This document shows positions 18,276 through 27,278 of a stretch of DNA of 64,000 nucleotides, in pieces (the stretch's first letter is position 1; every line of letters begins with the position of its first letter). The notes under the pieces were generated by a model. The model searched no databases. It saw only the letters and a program-made list of their open reading frames with translations, and had not been told where the DNA came from. The DNA comes from Parcubacteria group bacterium (GTDB lineage: Bacteria > Patescibacteriota > Minisyncoccia > UBA6257): NCBI GenBank assembly GCA_012798235.1, contig JAAZNP010000004.1:2171-66170 (forward strand), written 5' to 3'. The position numbers and the translations under genes are program-made.

Positions 18276-19289
18276 ATGAAAATAAAGACTTTTATCAAAA
18301 ATTTATTATGGCCCAGTAAAGAAAATAATTTCCAGCCTCGAATTTTAAATGATCGAGCGATTACTCTATTTATTTTACTATTTTTATTATCAAAAGTTTT
18401 CTTTAGTTTTGAATTGATTTTGATTCAACAATCAAAGTTATTTGCCGAATTAAATGCTCAAAAAATTATTGCTTTAACTAACGAGGTAAGACAACAATAT
18501 GGTTTAACTCCTCTAAAGGAGAATACTTTATTAGATTTGGCAGCTCAGCAAAAAGCGCAGGATATGACTATTAATAATTATTTTGCTCACTTTAGCCCCA
18601 CTGGCGTTTCGCCCTGGTACTGGTTTCAGAAAGCGGGTTATAATTATTATTATGCCGGAGAGAATTTAGCCATGAATTTTTTGGATAGCGAAGAAGTAGT
18701 GAGAGCTTGGCTTAATTCACCCAGCCATCGAGATAATATTTTAAACCAGCATTATCAAGAAATCGGAATTGCTATTTTACCAGCTAATGCTAATAGCCAA
18801 GGAATAGCTAATAAACCCATTGTTGTTCAATTATTTGGTAGTCCTCAAGTAGCAAAAGCTGCAACTCCTGCTATCCCGTCAGTGCCTACTACCAAACAAG
18901 CAACAACTACTAGTAAACCAGCGTCTAAAAATCAAGAAATCTTAGGTGAAGAAGAAAAAGCTACTACTTCTACTACTATTATCACCATAACTACTATTCC
19001 TCCGACTACTATTCCTCCGGCTACTATTCCTCCGACTACTTTAGAAACTCCCATTGCAGCTAATTTAGGCTCTGATACTCGTACTAAAATTAATACCACG
19101 AATGTGATTATTGCCTTGAGTTTGATTGCTATGGGCTCAATTGTTATTTTGGGCATTATAAAACAGCAACGAGCTATTCCCTTTGGCTATTCGGAAATTG
19201 TTTTAAGGAGCGCTATTGTTATTTTTATTGGTGCTGCTTTTTGGATTTTTCATTTAGAGAAATTCATTGGGCAATTAATGATTTCGTAA
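18276..19289 (+). CDS. CAP (SCP/Tpx) domain membrane protein
   Basis: LTNEVRQQYGL, YFAHFSP, AGENLA and WLNSPSHRDNIL motifs; 15-bp TTIPP repeats at about 18991-19040; C-terminal TM helices. Confidence 0.88.
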   Translation: MKIKTFIKNLLWPSKENNFQPRILNDRAITLFILLFLLSKVFFSFELILIQQSKLFAELNAQKIIALTNEVRQQYGLTPLKENTLLDLAAQQKAQDMTINNYFAHFSPTGVSPWYWFQKAGYNYYYAGENLAMNFLDSEEVVRAWLNSPSHRDNILNQHYQEIGIAILPANANSQGIANKPIVVQLFGSPQVAKAATPAIPSVPTTKQATTTSKPASKNQEILGEEEKATTSTTIITITTIPPTTIPPATIPPTTLETPIAANLGSDTRTKINTTNVIIALSLIAMGSIVILGIIKQQRAIPFGYSEIVLRSAIVIFIGAAFWIFHLEKFIGQLMIS

Positions 19290-19298
19290 TATCTTTTC

Positions 19299-20021
19299 AT
19301 GATTTCAAGAAAACTTTTCTGGCGTGATCTAAAGTTATTTTTGAGAATTTTTTTAATTCTTTTTGCTGTGATTTTTTTTATTTTTGATGGCACGGCTTTT
19401 GGGGCTATTGCAACTTATAAAATTAGTCATTTTTTTAATTTAGCTAAAACCAAAATTTTCGAGCCTCCTAATTTAAACATTTTTTCAGAAAGTGCCACCA
19501 CAACACTTTCTCAAGGCAGCCCCAATACTACTACTACTAAAACCACTACTTCTTTACCCACCCCTCCTTCAGAATTACAAAATACCAATTTAATTGTTTT
19601 GCCAAAATTCAATATTAAGGCACCCATCTGGGTTGTTAATACTATTGATTTAAAATTAATTTATAAAAAATTAAAAGAAGGGGTTGTTTTATATCCGGGT
19701 ACGGCCATTCCAGGTCAAGGATATTCCATTATTATTGGCCATTCTTCGCAATATCCCTGGCAGCCCGGTCGTTATAAATCAGTTTTTTCTTTGCTATCAC
19801 AATTAGAAGCTGGTGATAAGATTTATATTTATTGGGATCAAAAACCATTAGTTTTTGAGGTTCAAGAAACAAAAATTTTCTTACCCTTTCCTAAAGGTAA
19901 CGAAACTACGGAGACAGTTTTCCCTCCTGAAGAGCAGCCGATTTTAATTTTACAAAGTTGCTGGCCTGTAGGCGTAGCTTATAAAAGAGTAGCTGTGAAG
20001 ACTGTATTAATTAACCAGTAA
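19299..20021 (+). CDS. Sortase family protein
   Basis: N-terminal TM helix, IIIGHSS (His), LQSCWP (Cys) and downstream Arg (YKRVAV). Confidence 0.85.
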   Translation: MISRKLFWRDLKLFLRIFLILFAVIFFIFDGTAFGAIATYKISHFFNLAKTKIFEPPNLNIFSESATTTLSQGSPNTTTTKTTTSLPTPPSELQNTNLIVLPKFNIKAPIWVVNTIDLKLIYKKLKEGVVLYPGTAIPGQGYSIIIGHSSQYPWQPGRYKSVFSLLSQLEAGDKIYIYWDQKPLVFEVQETKIFLPFPKGNETTETVFPPEEQPILILQSCWPVGVAYKRVAVKTVLINQ

Positions 20022-20072
20022 ATCCCGCGCCTTTGAATTACCTCTCTTGTATTAATATCAAAGGTGCGGGAT
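20022..20072. repeat. Short palindromic element related to the CCC..CACC/GGTG..GGG family
   Basis: ATCCCGCGCCTTTGA...TCAAAGGTGCGGGAT with TAAA on both flanks; may also act as a terminator. Confidence 0.55.
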
Positions 20073-20140
20073 AAAAGGCTTGAGAGAAAAATATCTTGAG
20101 ATAATCTCATTTTTCTGCTATATTACAGTTAGTTTTTATT

Positions 20141-20214
20141 GGCGTCATCGTCTAGCCTGGTTAGGACACGGGGCCTTCAATCCCGTAACATGGTTTCAAA
20201 TCCCATTGACGCCA
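20141..20214 (+). tRNA. tRNA-Glu(TTC), non-canonical (C33; T53.C61 mismatch)
   Basis: Glu-type D arm (GTCTAG..AGGAC), 4-nt variable loop, anticodon loop CCTTCAA. Confidence 0.8.
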
Positions 20215-20279
20215 CCTTTCGCTTGGAAAGCACTGGACTTTACCTAAAAAGATGAAATCTTGTGCTTTCCAAGTGAGGG
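20215..20279. mobile_element. Short derivative of the palindromic element abutting the tRNA-Glu 3' end
   Basis: CCTTTCGCTTGGAAAGCAC...GTGCTTTCCAAGTGAGGG; shares CTTGGAAA/TTTCCAAGTGAGGG with copies A-C. Confidence 0.65.
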
Positions 20280-20293
20280 AACTACTATTTATT

Positions 20294-21394
20294 ATGATAA
20301 TTTTGGGAATTGAAACATCGTGTGATGAAACTTCAATTGCGATATTAGAGGCCAAAAAAGAAAAGGCCTATTTTTTTATTAAACCAATAGCGAGCGTTGT
20401 ATCTAGCCAAATCAAAATTCATGCCCCTTATGGTGGCGTCGTGCCTATGTTAGCTTCAAGAGAGCATACTAAAAATTTGCCTTTAGTTTTTCGCAAAGTT
20501 GTTCAAGATTCTTTTGATGTTAAAAAAATTAAACAAAAAATAGATTTAATTGCCGTTACGAGCGGCCCTGGTTTAATGCCTGCTTTATTGACCGGAGTTA
20601 ATTTTGCTAAAACTTTAGCCTGGAGTTGGCGCAAACCAATTATTGGAGTGAATCATTTAGAGGGTCATTTATTGAGTGTTTTCTTGCCAGAAAAAAATAA
20701 AATTTCTTTATTGCCTTTTCAAGAACTTCAGAAAATTTTTCCAGCAATAGCCCTAATTGTTTCTGGAGGGCACACTCAATTAATTTATGTTAAAAACATT
20801 GGTCATTATCAGATAATTGGCGAAACCCTTGATGACGCTGCTGGCGAATGCTTTGATAAAGGAGCAAGAATTTTAGGCCTGGGATATCCTGGTGGACCAG
20901 CGATTGCCAAAGAGGCAGAAAAATACAGAATACAGAATACAGAATACAGAATACAAAAACTTCCTCGCCCCATGATTGATTCCAAAAATTACGATTTTTC
21001 CTTTTCCGGCTTAAAAACAGCACTGTTATATGCTTGGCAAAAAACAAATAAAAAAGAAAGAAAAAGATTAATGTCCCAATTTGCCTTTGAATTAGAAGAA
21101 TCTATTACTGATGTTTTAGTTCATAAGACTTTACAAGCAGCTAATGACTTTAAAGTGAAATCTATTATTCTTGGCGGTGGCGTGACTGCTAATCAGAAAT
21201 TAAGATTAAAGATGCAAGAAACAATCGCACAACAAAAAAATCCTTTTAATTTTTATTTTCCTTTGCTACAATATACAACAGATAATGCGATGATGATTTG
21301 TTTGGAAGCATTTTTCAATATCAGCAATAAAAAATTAAACTATAAAAATTTAAACTGGGAAAAAATTAATGCTGATGCCAATTGGCGTTTGTGA
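20294..21394 (+). CDS. tsaD: tRNA threonylcarbamoyladenosine synthase TsaD
   Basis: ILGIETSCDET, NHLEGH, VSGGHT, DDAAGE, FSFSGLKT and TDNA motifs; ATG at 20294 preferred. Confidence 0.96.
   Translation: MIILGIETSCDETSIAILEAKKEKAYFFIKPIASVVSSQIKIHAPYGGVVPMLASREHTKNLPLVFRKVVQDSFDVKKIKQKIDLIAVTSGPGLMPALLTGVNFAKTLAWSWRKPIIGVNHLEGHLLSVFLPEKNKISLLPFQELQKIFPAIALIVSGGHTQLIYVKNIGHYQIIGETLDDAAGECFDKGARILGLGYPGGPAIAKEAEKYRIQNTEYRIQKLPRPMIDSKNYDFSFSGLKTALLYAWQKTNKKERKRLMSQFAFELEESITDVLVHKTLQAANDFKVKSIILGGGVTANQKLRLKMQETIAQQKNPFNFYFPLLQYTTDNAMMICLEAFFNISNKKLNYKNLNWEKINADANWRL
20922..20955 (+). repeat. Heptamer tandem repeat (AATACAG) x about 5 inside tsaD
   Basis: aatacag aatacag aatacag aatacag aataca. 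Confidence 0.9.
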
Positions 21395-21395
21395 T

Positions 21396-23582
21396 ATGAG
21401 AAAAAATCTATCTAAAACTTACGAACACCAAAAAACAGAAAAGAAAATTTATCACCTTTGGGAAAAATCTGGTTTTTTTAATCCGGATAAACTTCAAACC
21501 AAAGGGCCTCCTTTTACTATTATTATGCCGCCGCCTAATGCGAATGATCCTTTACATATTGGACATGCTGTTTTTGTGACTTTGGAAGATTTATTAATAA
21601 GATATCATCGCATGAAAGGAGATAAAGCTTTATGGTTACCGGGTACCGATCATGCGGGTTTTGAAACACAGGTAGTGTTTGAAAAAAAATTAGCTCAAGA
21701 AGGGAAAAGTCGCTTTTCTTTTACTCGAGATGAATTTTATCGTTTGGTTTGGGAATATACTCAGAAAAATAAAAAAATCGTTAAGGAACAATTAAAAAAA
21801 TTAGGCGCTTCTTGTGACTGGTCGCGAGAAAAATTTACCTTAGATAAGAAAATTATTAAAGTAGTTTATGAAACTTTTGCCTCTTTATGGAAGGATGGTT
21901 TATTATATCGCGGCCAAAGAATTGTTAATTATTGCCCTAAACATCAAACCGCTTTTTCAGAATTAGAAGTAAAATATCAAGAAGAAAAAGCGAAATTATA
22001 TTATGTCCAATATTGTTTTCGGAATAATCCCCAGAAATCTATTACTGTAGCTACGACGAGGCCGGAGACTATTCCTGGCGATGTGGCTATTGCAGTTAAC
22101 CCCCAAGATGAAAGATACAAATCTCTTATTGGCGAATTAGTAATAGAGCCTATTACTAAAAGAGAAATACCAATTATTGCTGATCCGCGAGTAGAAATAG
22201 ATTTTGGCACCGGCGCCTTAAAAATTACTCCGGCCCATGATGCTACTGATTTTGAAATTGGGAAAGACCATAATTTAGAAATTCGCCAAACATTAAACTT
22301 CGACGGCCGATTTAATAAATTATCCGGACCCTTAAATGGTTTAAAAGTAAATGAGGCTCGTCTTCAATCTATCGAGATTTTAAAAAATAATAAAGCCCTT
22401 ATAAAAGAAGAAGATTATACTCATGAAGTTGGTCATTGTTATAAATGCGGCACTATTATTGAACCGATGATCATGGACCAATGGTTTATTGATGTGAATA
22501 AAAAATTTGGTAAACGCAACAAATCTTTAAAAGAATTAGCTATTGAAGCGATTAAAACTAAAAAGATTAAAATTATTCCTAGTAATTTTGAAAAAGTATT
22601 TTATTACTGGATGGAAAATTTAAAGGATTGGAATATTTCGCGACAAATTTATTGGGGAATTAGGATCCCTGTTTGGTATTGCCAGGAACAGAAAAATGAA
22701 ATTTGTAAAAGTAAAAAGGGCATTATTGTGGCAACCAAAAGAACTCCTTTAAAATGTCCTTATTGCGGCAGCACTAAACTTATGCAGGACCCTGATGTTT
22801 TAGATACCTGGTTTTCTTCAGGACAGTGGCCTTTTGCTACTTTAATGGCGAATAAAACGACTGATTTAAAAAATTATTATCCCACAAGCGTGATGGAAAC
22901 TGGTTGGGATATTCTTTTCTTTTGGGTAGCGCGGATGATTATGTTAGGTCTTTATCGTTTGCAGCAAGTACCTTTTAAGATTGTGTATTTGCATGGTTTA
23001 GTACGTGATAAAGATAGGCAAAAAATGTCTAAATCAAAAGGCAATGCTATTGATCCCTTGGCAGTCACTGATCTTTATGGGGCTGACGCTTTGAGAATGG
23101 CTTTAGTTATTGGTAATAGCCCTGGACAAGATATTATTATTTCTGAAGAAAAAATAAGAGGTTATCGCAATTTTAGTAATAAAATTTGGAATGCTAGTCG
23201 TTTTGTTTTAATGAGTTTAGAAGGATTTAATGGCAAAAAACCAAAATTAACTTCTTCTGATAAAAAACTTTTAGATGATTTTGAAAAAATTAAGGAAAAA
23301 ATTACTCGCTATTTAGATAATTATCGTTTTTCTTTAGCCGGAGAGACGCTTTACCATTATTTTTGGCACACTTTTGCTGATAAAATTATTGAAGAAATGA
23401 AAATAAGAATCAGGGAAAAGAACAATGAAAAGGCAGCGCAATATATTTTATTAACGATTTTATCCGATTGTTTAAAAATGCTTCATCCTTTTATGCCCTT
23501 TATTACTGAAGCAATTTGGCAACAATTTAATAAATATCACTCTAAGAAGGAAAAACTTTTAATGATTAGTTTATGGCCATAG
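21396..23582 (+). CDS. valS: Valine--tRNA ligase (lacks the C-terminal coiled coil)
   Basis: PPPNANDPLHIGH, ATTRPET, WNISRQ, DTWFSS and KMSKS motifs. Confidence 0.96.
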   Translation: MRKNLSKTYEHQKTEKKIYHLWEKSGFFNPDKLQTKGPPFTIIMPPPNANDPLHIGHAVFVTLEDLLIRYHRMKGDKALWLPGTDHAGFETQVVFEKKLAQEGKSRFSFTRDEFYRLVWEYTQKNKKIVKEQLKKLGASCDWSREKFTLDKKIIKVVYETFASLWKDGLLYRGQRIVNYCPKHQTAFSELEVKYQEEKAKLYYVQYCFRNNPQKSITVATTRPETIPGDVAIAVNPQDERYKSLIGELVIEPITKREIPIIADPRVEIDFGTGALKITPAHDATDFEIGKDHNLEIRQTLNFDGRFNKLSGPLNGLKVNEARLQSIEILKNNKALIKEEDYTHEVGHCYKCGTIIEPMIMDQWFIDVNKKFGKRNKSLKELAIEAIKTKKIKIIPSNFEKVFYYWMENLKDWNISRQIYWGIRIPVWYCQEQKNEICKSKKGIIVATKRTPLKCPYCGSTKLMQDPDVLDTWFSSGQWPFATLMANKTTDLKNYYPTSVMETGWDILFFWVARMIMLGLYRLQQVPFKIVYLHGLVRDKDRQKMSKSKGNAIDPLAVTDLYGADALRMALVIGNSPGQDIIISEEKIRGYRNFSNKIWNASRFVLMSLEGFNGKKPKLTSSDKKLLDDFEKIKEKITRYLDNYRFSLAGETLYHYFWHTFADKIIEEMKIRIREKNNEKAAQYILLTILSDCLKMLHPFMPFITEAIWQQFNKYHSKKEKLLMISLWP

Positions 23583-24286
23583 TTTTTACTATTAGCAGTA
23601 TTTTAGGTGTCGTGCCTATTGCTTTATGGTTGATGTTTTTCTTATGGCAAGATATTAAAAAGCCCGAACCATTAAAATGGCTTTTGATTTTATTTGGTGT
23701 CGGTATTTTAATTACTCCGCTTGTTTGGTATGGCGAAGGATTATTAATGAAAGTTTTAAAAATTGATTTGAATACCAACCTTTCATTATCAAGCGTTATT
23801 ACTGTGTATAGTGGCATTGCTATTATTGAAGAATTAACTAAATTTTTTAGCGCCTCCTTGGTTTTAAAGAAAAACAAGTATTTCGATGAAGCGATTGATG
23901 TAATGATTTATTTAATTATCCTAGCTTTGGGTTTTGGTTTGGTAGAAAATATTTTAGCTGCCAGTCAAGAAATCAATGAAGGCAATTTACTATTATCAGT
24001 ACTACAAACAATGAGTTTAAGATTCGTAGGAGCTAATTTGCTACACGCCCTTTCCAGCGGAATAATTGGTTATTTCTGGGCCCTAAAATTAATGCTCAAA
24101 AAAAATTATTTTCTCTACGAAGGATTAATTTTAGGCATTCTCTTGCACGCTGTCTTTAATATTGCTATTATTAAATTTGGCGGCCCAGCCGTATTTTTCG
24201 TTAGTTTGGGATTATTTTTAACAGCAATTTTTCTTCTTTGGGCATTCGATTCCTTAAAGACAATTAAAAAACCAATAAAATATTAA
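23573..24286 (+). CDS. PrsW family intramembrane metalloprotease
   Basis: IEELTK, LGFGLVEN, LLHAL and LHAVFN motifs. Confidence 0.88.
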   Translation: MAIVFTISSILGVVPIALWLMFFLWQDIKKPEPLKWLLILFGVGILITPLVWYGEGLLMKVLKIDLNTNLSLSSVITVYSGIAIIEELTKFFSASLVLKKNKYFDEAIDVMIYLIILALGFGLVENILAASQEINEGNLLLSVLQTMSLRFVGANLLHALSSGIIGYFWALKLMLKKNYFLYEGLILGILLHAVFNIAIIKFGGPAVFFVSLGLFLTAIFLLWAFDSLKTIKKPIKY

Positions 24287-24291
24287 ATTAT

Positions 24292-24684
24292 ATGGCAGAA
24301 AAAAAGAAATCTTTAAAAATTAATAATAATGCTTCTTGGCCCTCCTCAGTTGAAGAAGGGGAATTAGCTATTGATTTATACGAAACTAAAGATAGTTTAG
24401 TGCTCCAAGCAGTTATTGGCGGAATGAAAGCTGATGACTTAGATATTTCTATCACTAATGATATGATTACTATTCGGGGCGAAAGGCAAAGAGAAGAAAG
24501 TGGTCAGATTGATAAATTTTATTACGACGAATGTTTTTGGGGAGCTTTTTCTCGCTCTTTAGTTTTACCGCAAGAAGTAGATGCTGATAAAGCCAAAGCC
24601 ACCATTAAAAACGGCCTCCTCACAATAGTTTTGCCTAAATTAGAAAAGACCAAAAAGAAAACTCTGCAAATTGAAGAAAAATAA
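24292..24684 (+). CDS. Hsp20/alpha-crystallin small heat shock protein
   Basis: IDLYET, ITIRGER, FSRSLVLP and NGLLTIVLPK motifs. Confidence 0.92.
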   Translation: MAEKKKSLKINNNASWPSSVEEGELAIDLYETKDSLVLQAVIGGMKADDLDISITNDMITIRGERQREESGQIDKFYYDECFWGAFSRSLVLPQEVDADKAKATIKNGLLTIVLPKLEKTKKKTLQIEEK

Positions 24685-24691
24685 GAGAGGG

Positions 24692-24773
24692 GCCGATGTG
24701 GTGAAATTGGTAAACACGCGAGGTTTAGGACCTCGTGCCGCAAGGCTTGAAGGTTCGAGTCCTTCCATCGGCA
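24692..24773 (+). tRNA. tRNA-Leu(TAG)
   Basis: Cloverleaf with long variable arm; loop TTTAGGA. Confidence 0.95.
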
Positions 24774-24802
24774 CGTTAACTTTGACAGTATAGATTATAA
24801 TA

Positions 24803-24833
24803 AAAAACTCTCTCTTAAATAAGAGAGAGTTTT
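24803..24833. terminator. Bidirectional terminator
   Basis: AAAACTCTCTCTTA-aa-TAAGAGAGAGTTTT. Confidence 0.75.
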
Positions 24834-24851
24834 AAGTTAGAGAAAGTATTT

Positions 24852-25205
24852 TTAGAAGAATTTGCATTGCGCCCCCTTACCAAATAAGACACAGATCAAG
24901 TACACCAATCCTCGAGCTAATAAAGCAATGCCAACGCCAATTAAAGCATAAATGAGCATATTTAATGCACTCTTTACTTTTTCTTCATTGCCAGCAGAAG
25001 TTACATAAGTAAAACCAGCAGCAATCAGCATAATTACAGCAATTAAAAGCACGATACCAAAAAACCAATTGGTAATAGTTTTAATAACACCATTTGTTCC
25101 CCAAGGATCGATTTCAATCCAAGGCGCTTCCGGCGGTTGGGCTAAGGCTAATAGTGCTCCAGAAAGAAGCGTAATTAATGAAATAGTTAAAATTAGTTTT
25201 TTCAT
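24852..25205 (-). CDS. VirB2/TrbC-like (CPR T4SS-type) pilin 1
   Basis: Signal peptide and two TM helices around the GFTYVTSAGNEEKVKSA...ALIG motif. Confidence 0.85.
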   Translation of the reverse strand: MKKLILTISLITLLSGALLALAQPPEAPWIEIDPWGTNGVIKTITNWFFGIVLLIAVIMLIAAGFTYVTSAGNEEKVKSALNMLIYALIGVGIALLARGLVYLICVLFGKGAQCKFF

Positions 25206-25296
25206 AATGATAATTTTATTTTAAGCTATCGACCTTATTGACTCTTTATTAATTATATAGATTTAATCAGTAAAAAGTCAAATTATTTTAGTTATT

Positions 25297-25857
25297 TTAA
25301 ACAAAATTAAAATATTTAGTTCCGCCACCTCCACCAGCGCCGCAGCATAATTCTCTACAAGTTATAGATAAAGAATCGCACCAATCTTCTAAAGACGGAG
25401 AACCGCTAGTGCAATCGCAAATTTTACTCAAATTAGGTATATTTTCTTGTGCTTGCTCGACAATGACATCGACGATATTTTGATTTGCTTCATTATAATT
25501 ATAAGAAGAGGTGCTGGTAGTTTTTCCTTGAAGAAAATTTTGAACAAACGTCGGGATACCTCGAGCTAATAAAGCGATAGCCACACCAATTAAAGCAAAA
25601 ATAATAGTTTTGGAAGCAATTCTAATTTTATCTTCATTTCCACCGGCAGTAATATAAGTAAAACCAGCATAAATAAGCATAATGACAGCTATAGTCAAAG
25701 CAATGCCAAAAAACCAATTTAAGGCATTTTCTAAAATAGTCCAAATACTAATATTACTCGTATCGGGAATTTTAGGCATAGTTGCTGGAGGCGCTGCCCA
25801 AGTCACAGGAAAAGAAATAAAGAGAAAAATAAAGATCAAGAAAATAATTTGTTTCAT
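25297..25857 (-). CDS. VirB2/TrbC-like pilin 2 with a Cys-rich C-terminal extension
   Basis: GFTYITAGGNEDKIRIA...ALIG motif; tail containing CDC..WC..CRELCC. Confidence 0.83.
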   Translation of the reverse strand: MKQIIFLIFIFLFISFPVTWAAPPATMPKIPDTSNISIWTILENALNWFFGIALTIAVIMLIYAGFTYITAGGNEDKIRIASKTIIFALIGVAIALLARGIPTFVQNFLQGKTTSTSSYNYNEANQNIVDVIVEQAQENIPNLSKICDCTSGSPSLEDWCDSLSITCRELCCGAGGGGGTKYFNFV

Positions 25858-25875
25858 AATATTAACATTAATAAT

Positions 25876-26355
25876 TTATGGGGAAATACATTGACCTCCG
25901 CAGCAAACTAAACCATTATCACATGGGCCAAGAATTTGGTCAGAGCACTCCGATTCACTACAACAATTGCCACCGCTATTAGCGCATGTCTCAGAATTAC
26001 TGGTATTCTTATTAATTCCTAAAAATTCTTTGATTAAAGCCGGGACTGCTCGGGCAATTAAAACAATGGCAAAACCAATAATTGCCCAAATCAATACCTT
26101 TTGCGCGGTTTTCACTTTTTCTTCATTGCCGCCAGCAGTAATATACAAAAATCCAGCATAAACAATAATAATAGGAGTGACAACAATAGCGACTCCAATT
26201 AAGAAATTAGTAATTTTTTCAATTAAGGTATAAATATCAGACGTTTCGCCTAAAGGATTAGGGATGGTTATTTCAGTGGTTTTATCTTCAGCAAAAGTTA
26301 TTGCAGTTAAACTAATGAGAAATATTAAAACCAAGATAAATATTTTTTGTTTCAT
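25876..26355 (-). CDS. VirB2/TrbC-like pilin 3 with a Cys-rich C-terminal extension
   Basis: IPNPLG, GFLYITAGGNEEKVKTA...AIIG; tail CANSGGNCC...CCGGQC. Confidence 0.83.
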   Translation of the reverse strand: MKQKIFILVLIFLISLTAITFAEDKTTEITIPNPLGETSDIYTLIEKITNFLIGVAIVVTPIIIVYAGFLYITAGGNEEKVKTAQKVLIWAIIGFAIVLIARAVPALIKEFLGINKNTSNSETCANSGGNCCSESECSDQILGPCDNGLVCCGGQCISP

Positions 26356-26405
26356 AGATTTTTATTTTATTATTAGGCTCAATATTAAAAATTTATTATA
26401 CTAAG

Positions 26406-27278
26406 TTATTTACATGCATTTGGGTCGCTAGGATCGCATTCATTGGGGCAAGGTGGACATAAATGGTTATTACCCGTGGCACAGTAAGTTTCGAATTGTT
26501 TGGTGTTACAGTTTTTAACCGTTCTACACACAGTATAATTTTCACAATAAACCATGAGTTGTCCGCCTTCACACGGTCCGCCCTGGTTTGGGGGTTCTGG
26601 ATTTTTAGGTTCTGCTATAATCTTTGAAGGATCTGCTGGAACACAGCAAATAGTACCCTCGGGGCAATGTGTAATATTGGGATCAGTTAGAACCACTGTG
26701 GCAGCATCACAATTAGGATTCCAATTTAACCAACCTTCCATTTTTTCTACACAAGCATAACCCGTCATATCACCGCACCAATTTTCTGAAGAACCACCAT
26801 TGTAGTTACCTCCACCATTATAGTTACCACCACCATTATAGTTACCACCATCAATATTGTTACCACCATTACTATAACTTATCTTTTTTTCTTCACATTT
26901 TAATTGCCACCAAGTGCCAGTATAATCAGAACCACCAATCTGAGCCACTAGCCAAAAAACAGTATTTACAATTAACCACGAGCAAAGAATAATCGCTAAG
27001 CCAATTAAGGCACTAGCCAAACCTTTTTGACCAGCTTGAATATTAGCTTCATTGCCGCCAGAAAAAATCCAACGAAAGCCACCAACAATAGCAAAGATCA
27101 CGACAATCGTAAAAGCCAGAGTTAAGGCATAATGCAAAACATTTTCAAATAAAACTAATAAATCACAGGTAGTACAGGGATCTTCATCAGGGCCACCACA
27201 AGATACTAATCCTTTCGCCCCAGTTGTGAACGGAAGCAAGAAAATGAACAAGAAAAAAATTACAATTAATTTTTTCAT
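26406..27278 (-). CDS. VirB2/TrbC-like pilin 4 with a long Cys/Gly-rich extension
   Basis: GLVSCG...PCTTCDL, GFRWIFSGGNE...ALIG and GGNYNG x3; ATG at 27278 overlaps the upstream stop (ATGA). Confidence 0.8.
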   Translation of the reverse strand: MKKLIVIFFLFIFLLPFTTGAKGLVSCGGPDEDPCTTCDLLVLFENVLHYALTLAFTIVVIFAIVGGFRWIFSGGNEANIQAGQKGLASALIGLAIILCSWLIVNTVFWLVAQIGGSDYTGTWWQLKCEEKKISYSNGGNNIDGGNYNGGGNYNGGGNYNGGSSENWCGDMTGYACVEKMEGWLNWNPNCDAATVVLTDPNITHCPEGTICCVPADPSKIIAEPKNPEPPNQGGPCEGGQLMVYCENYTVCRTVKNCNTKQFETYCATGNNHLCPPCPNECDPSDPNACK

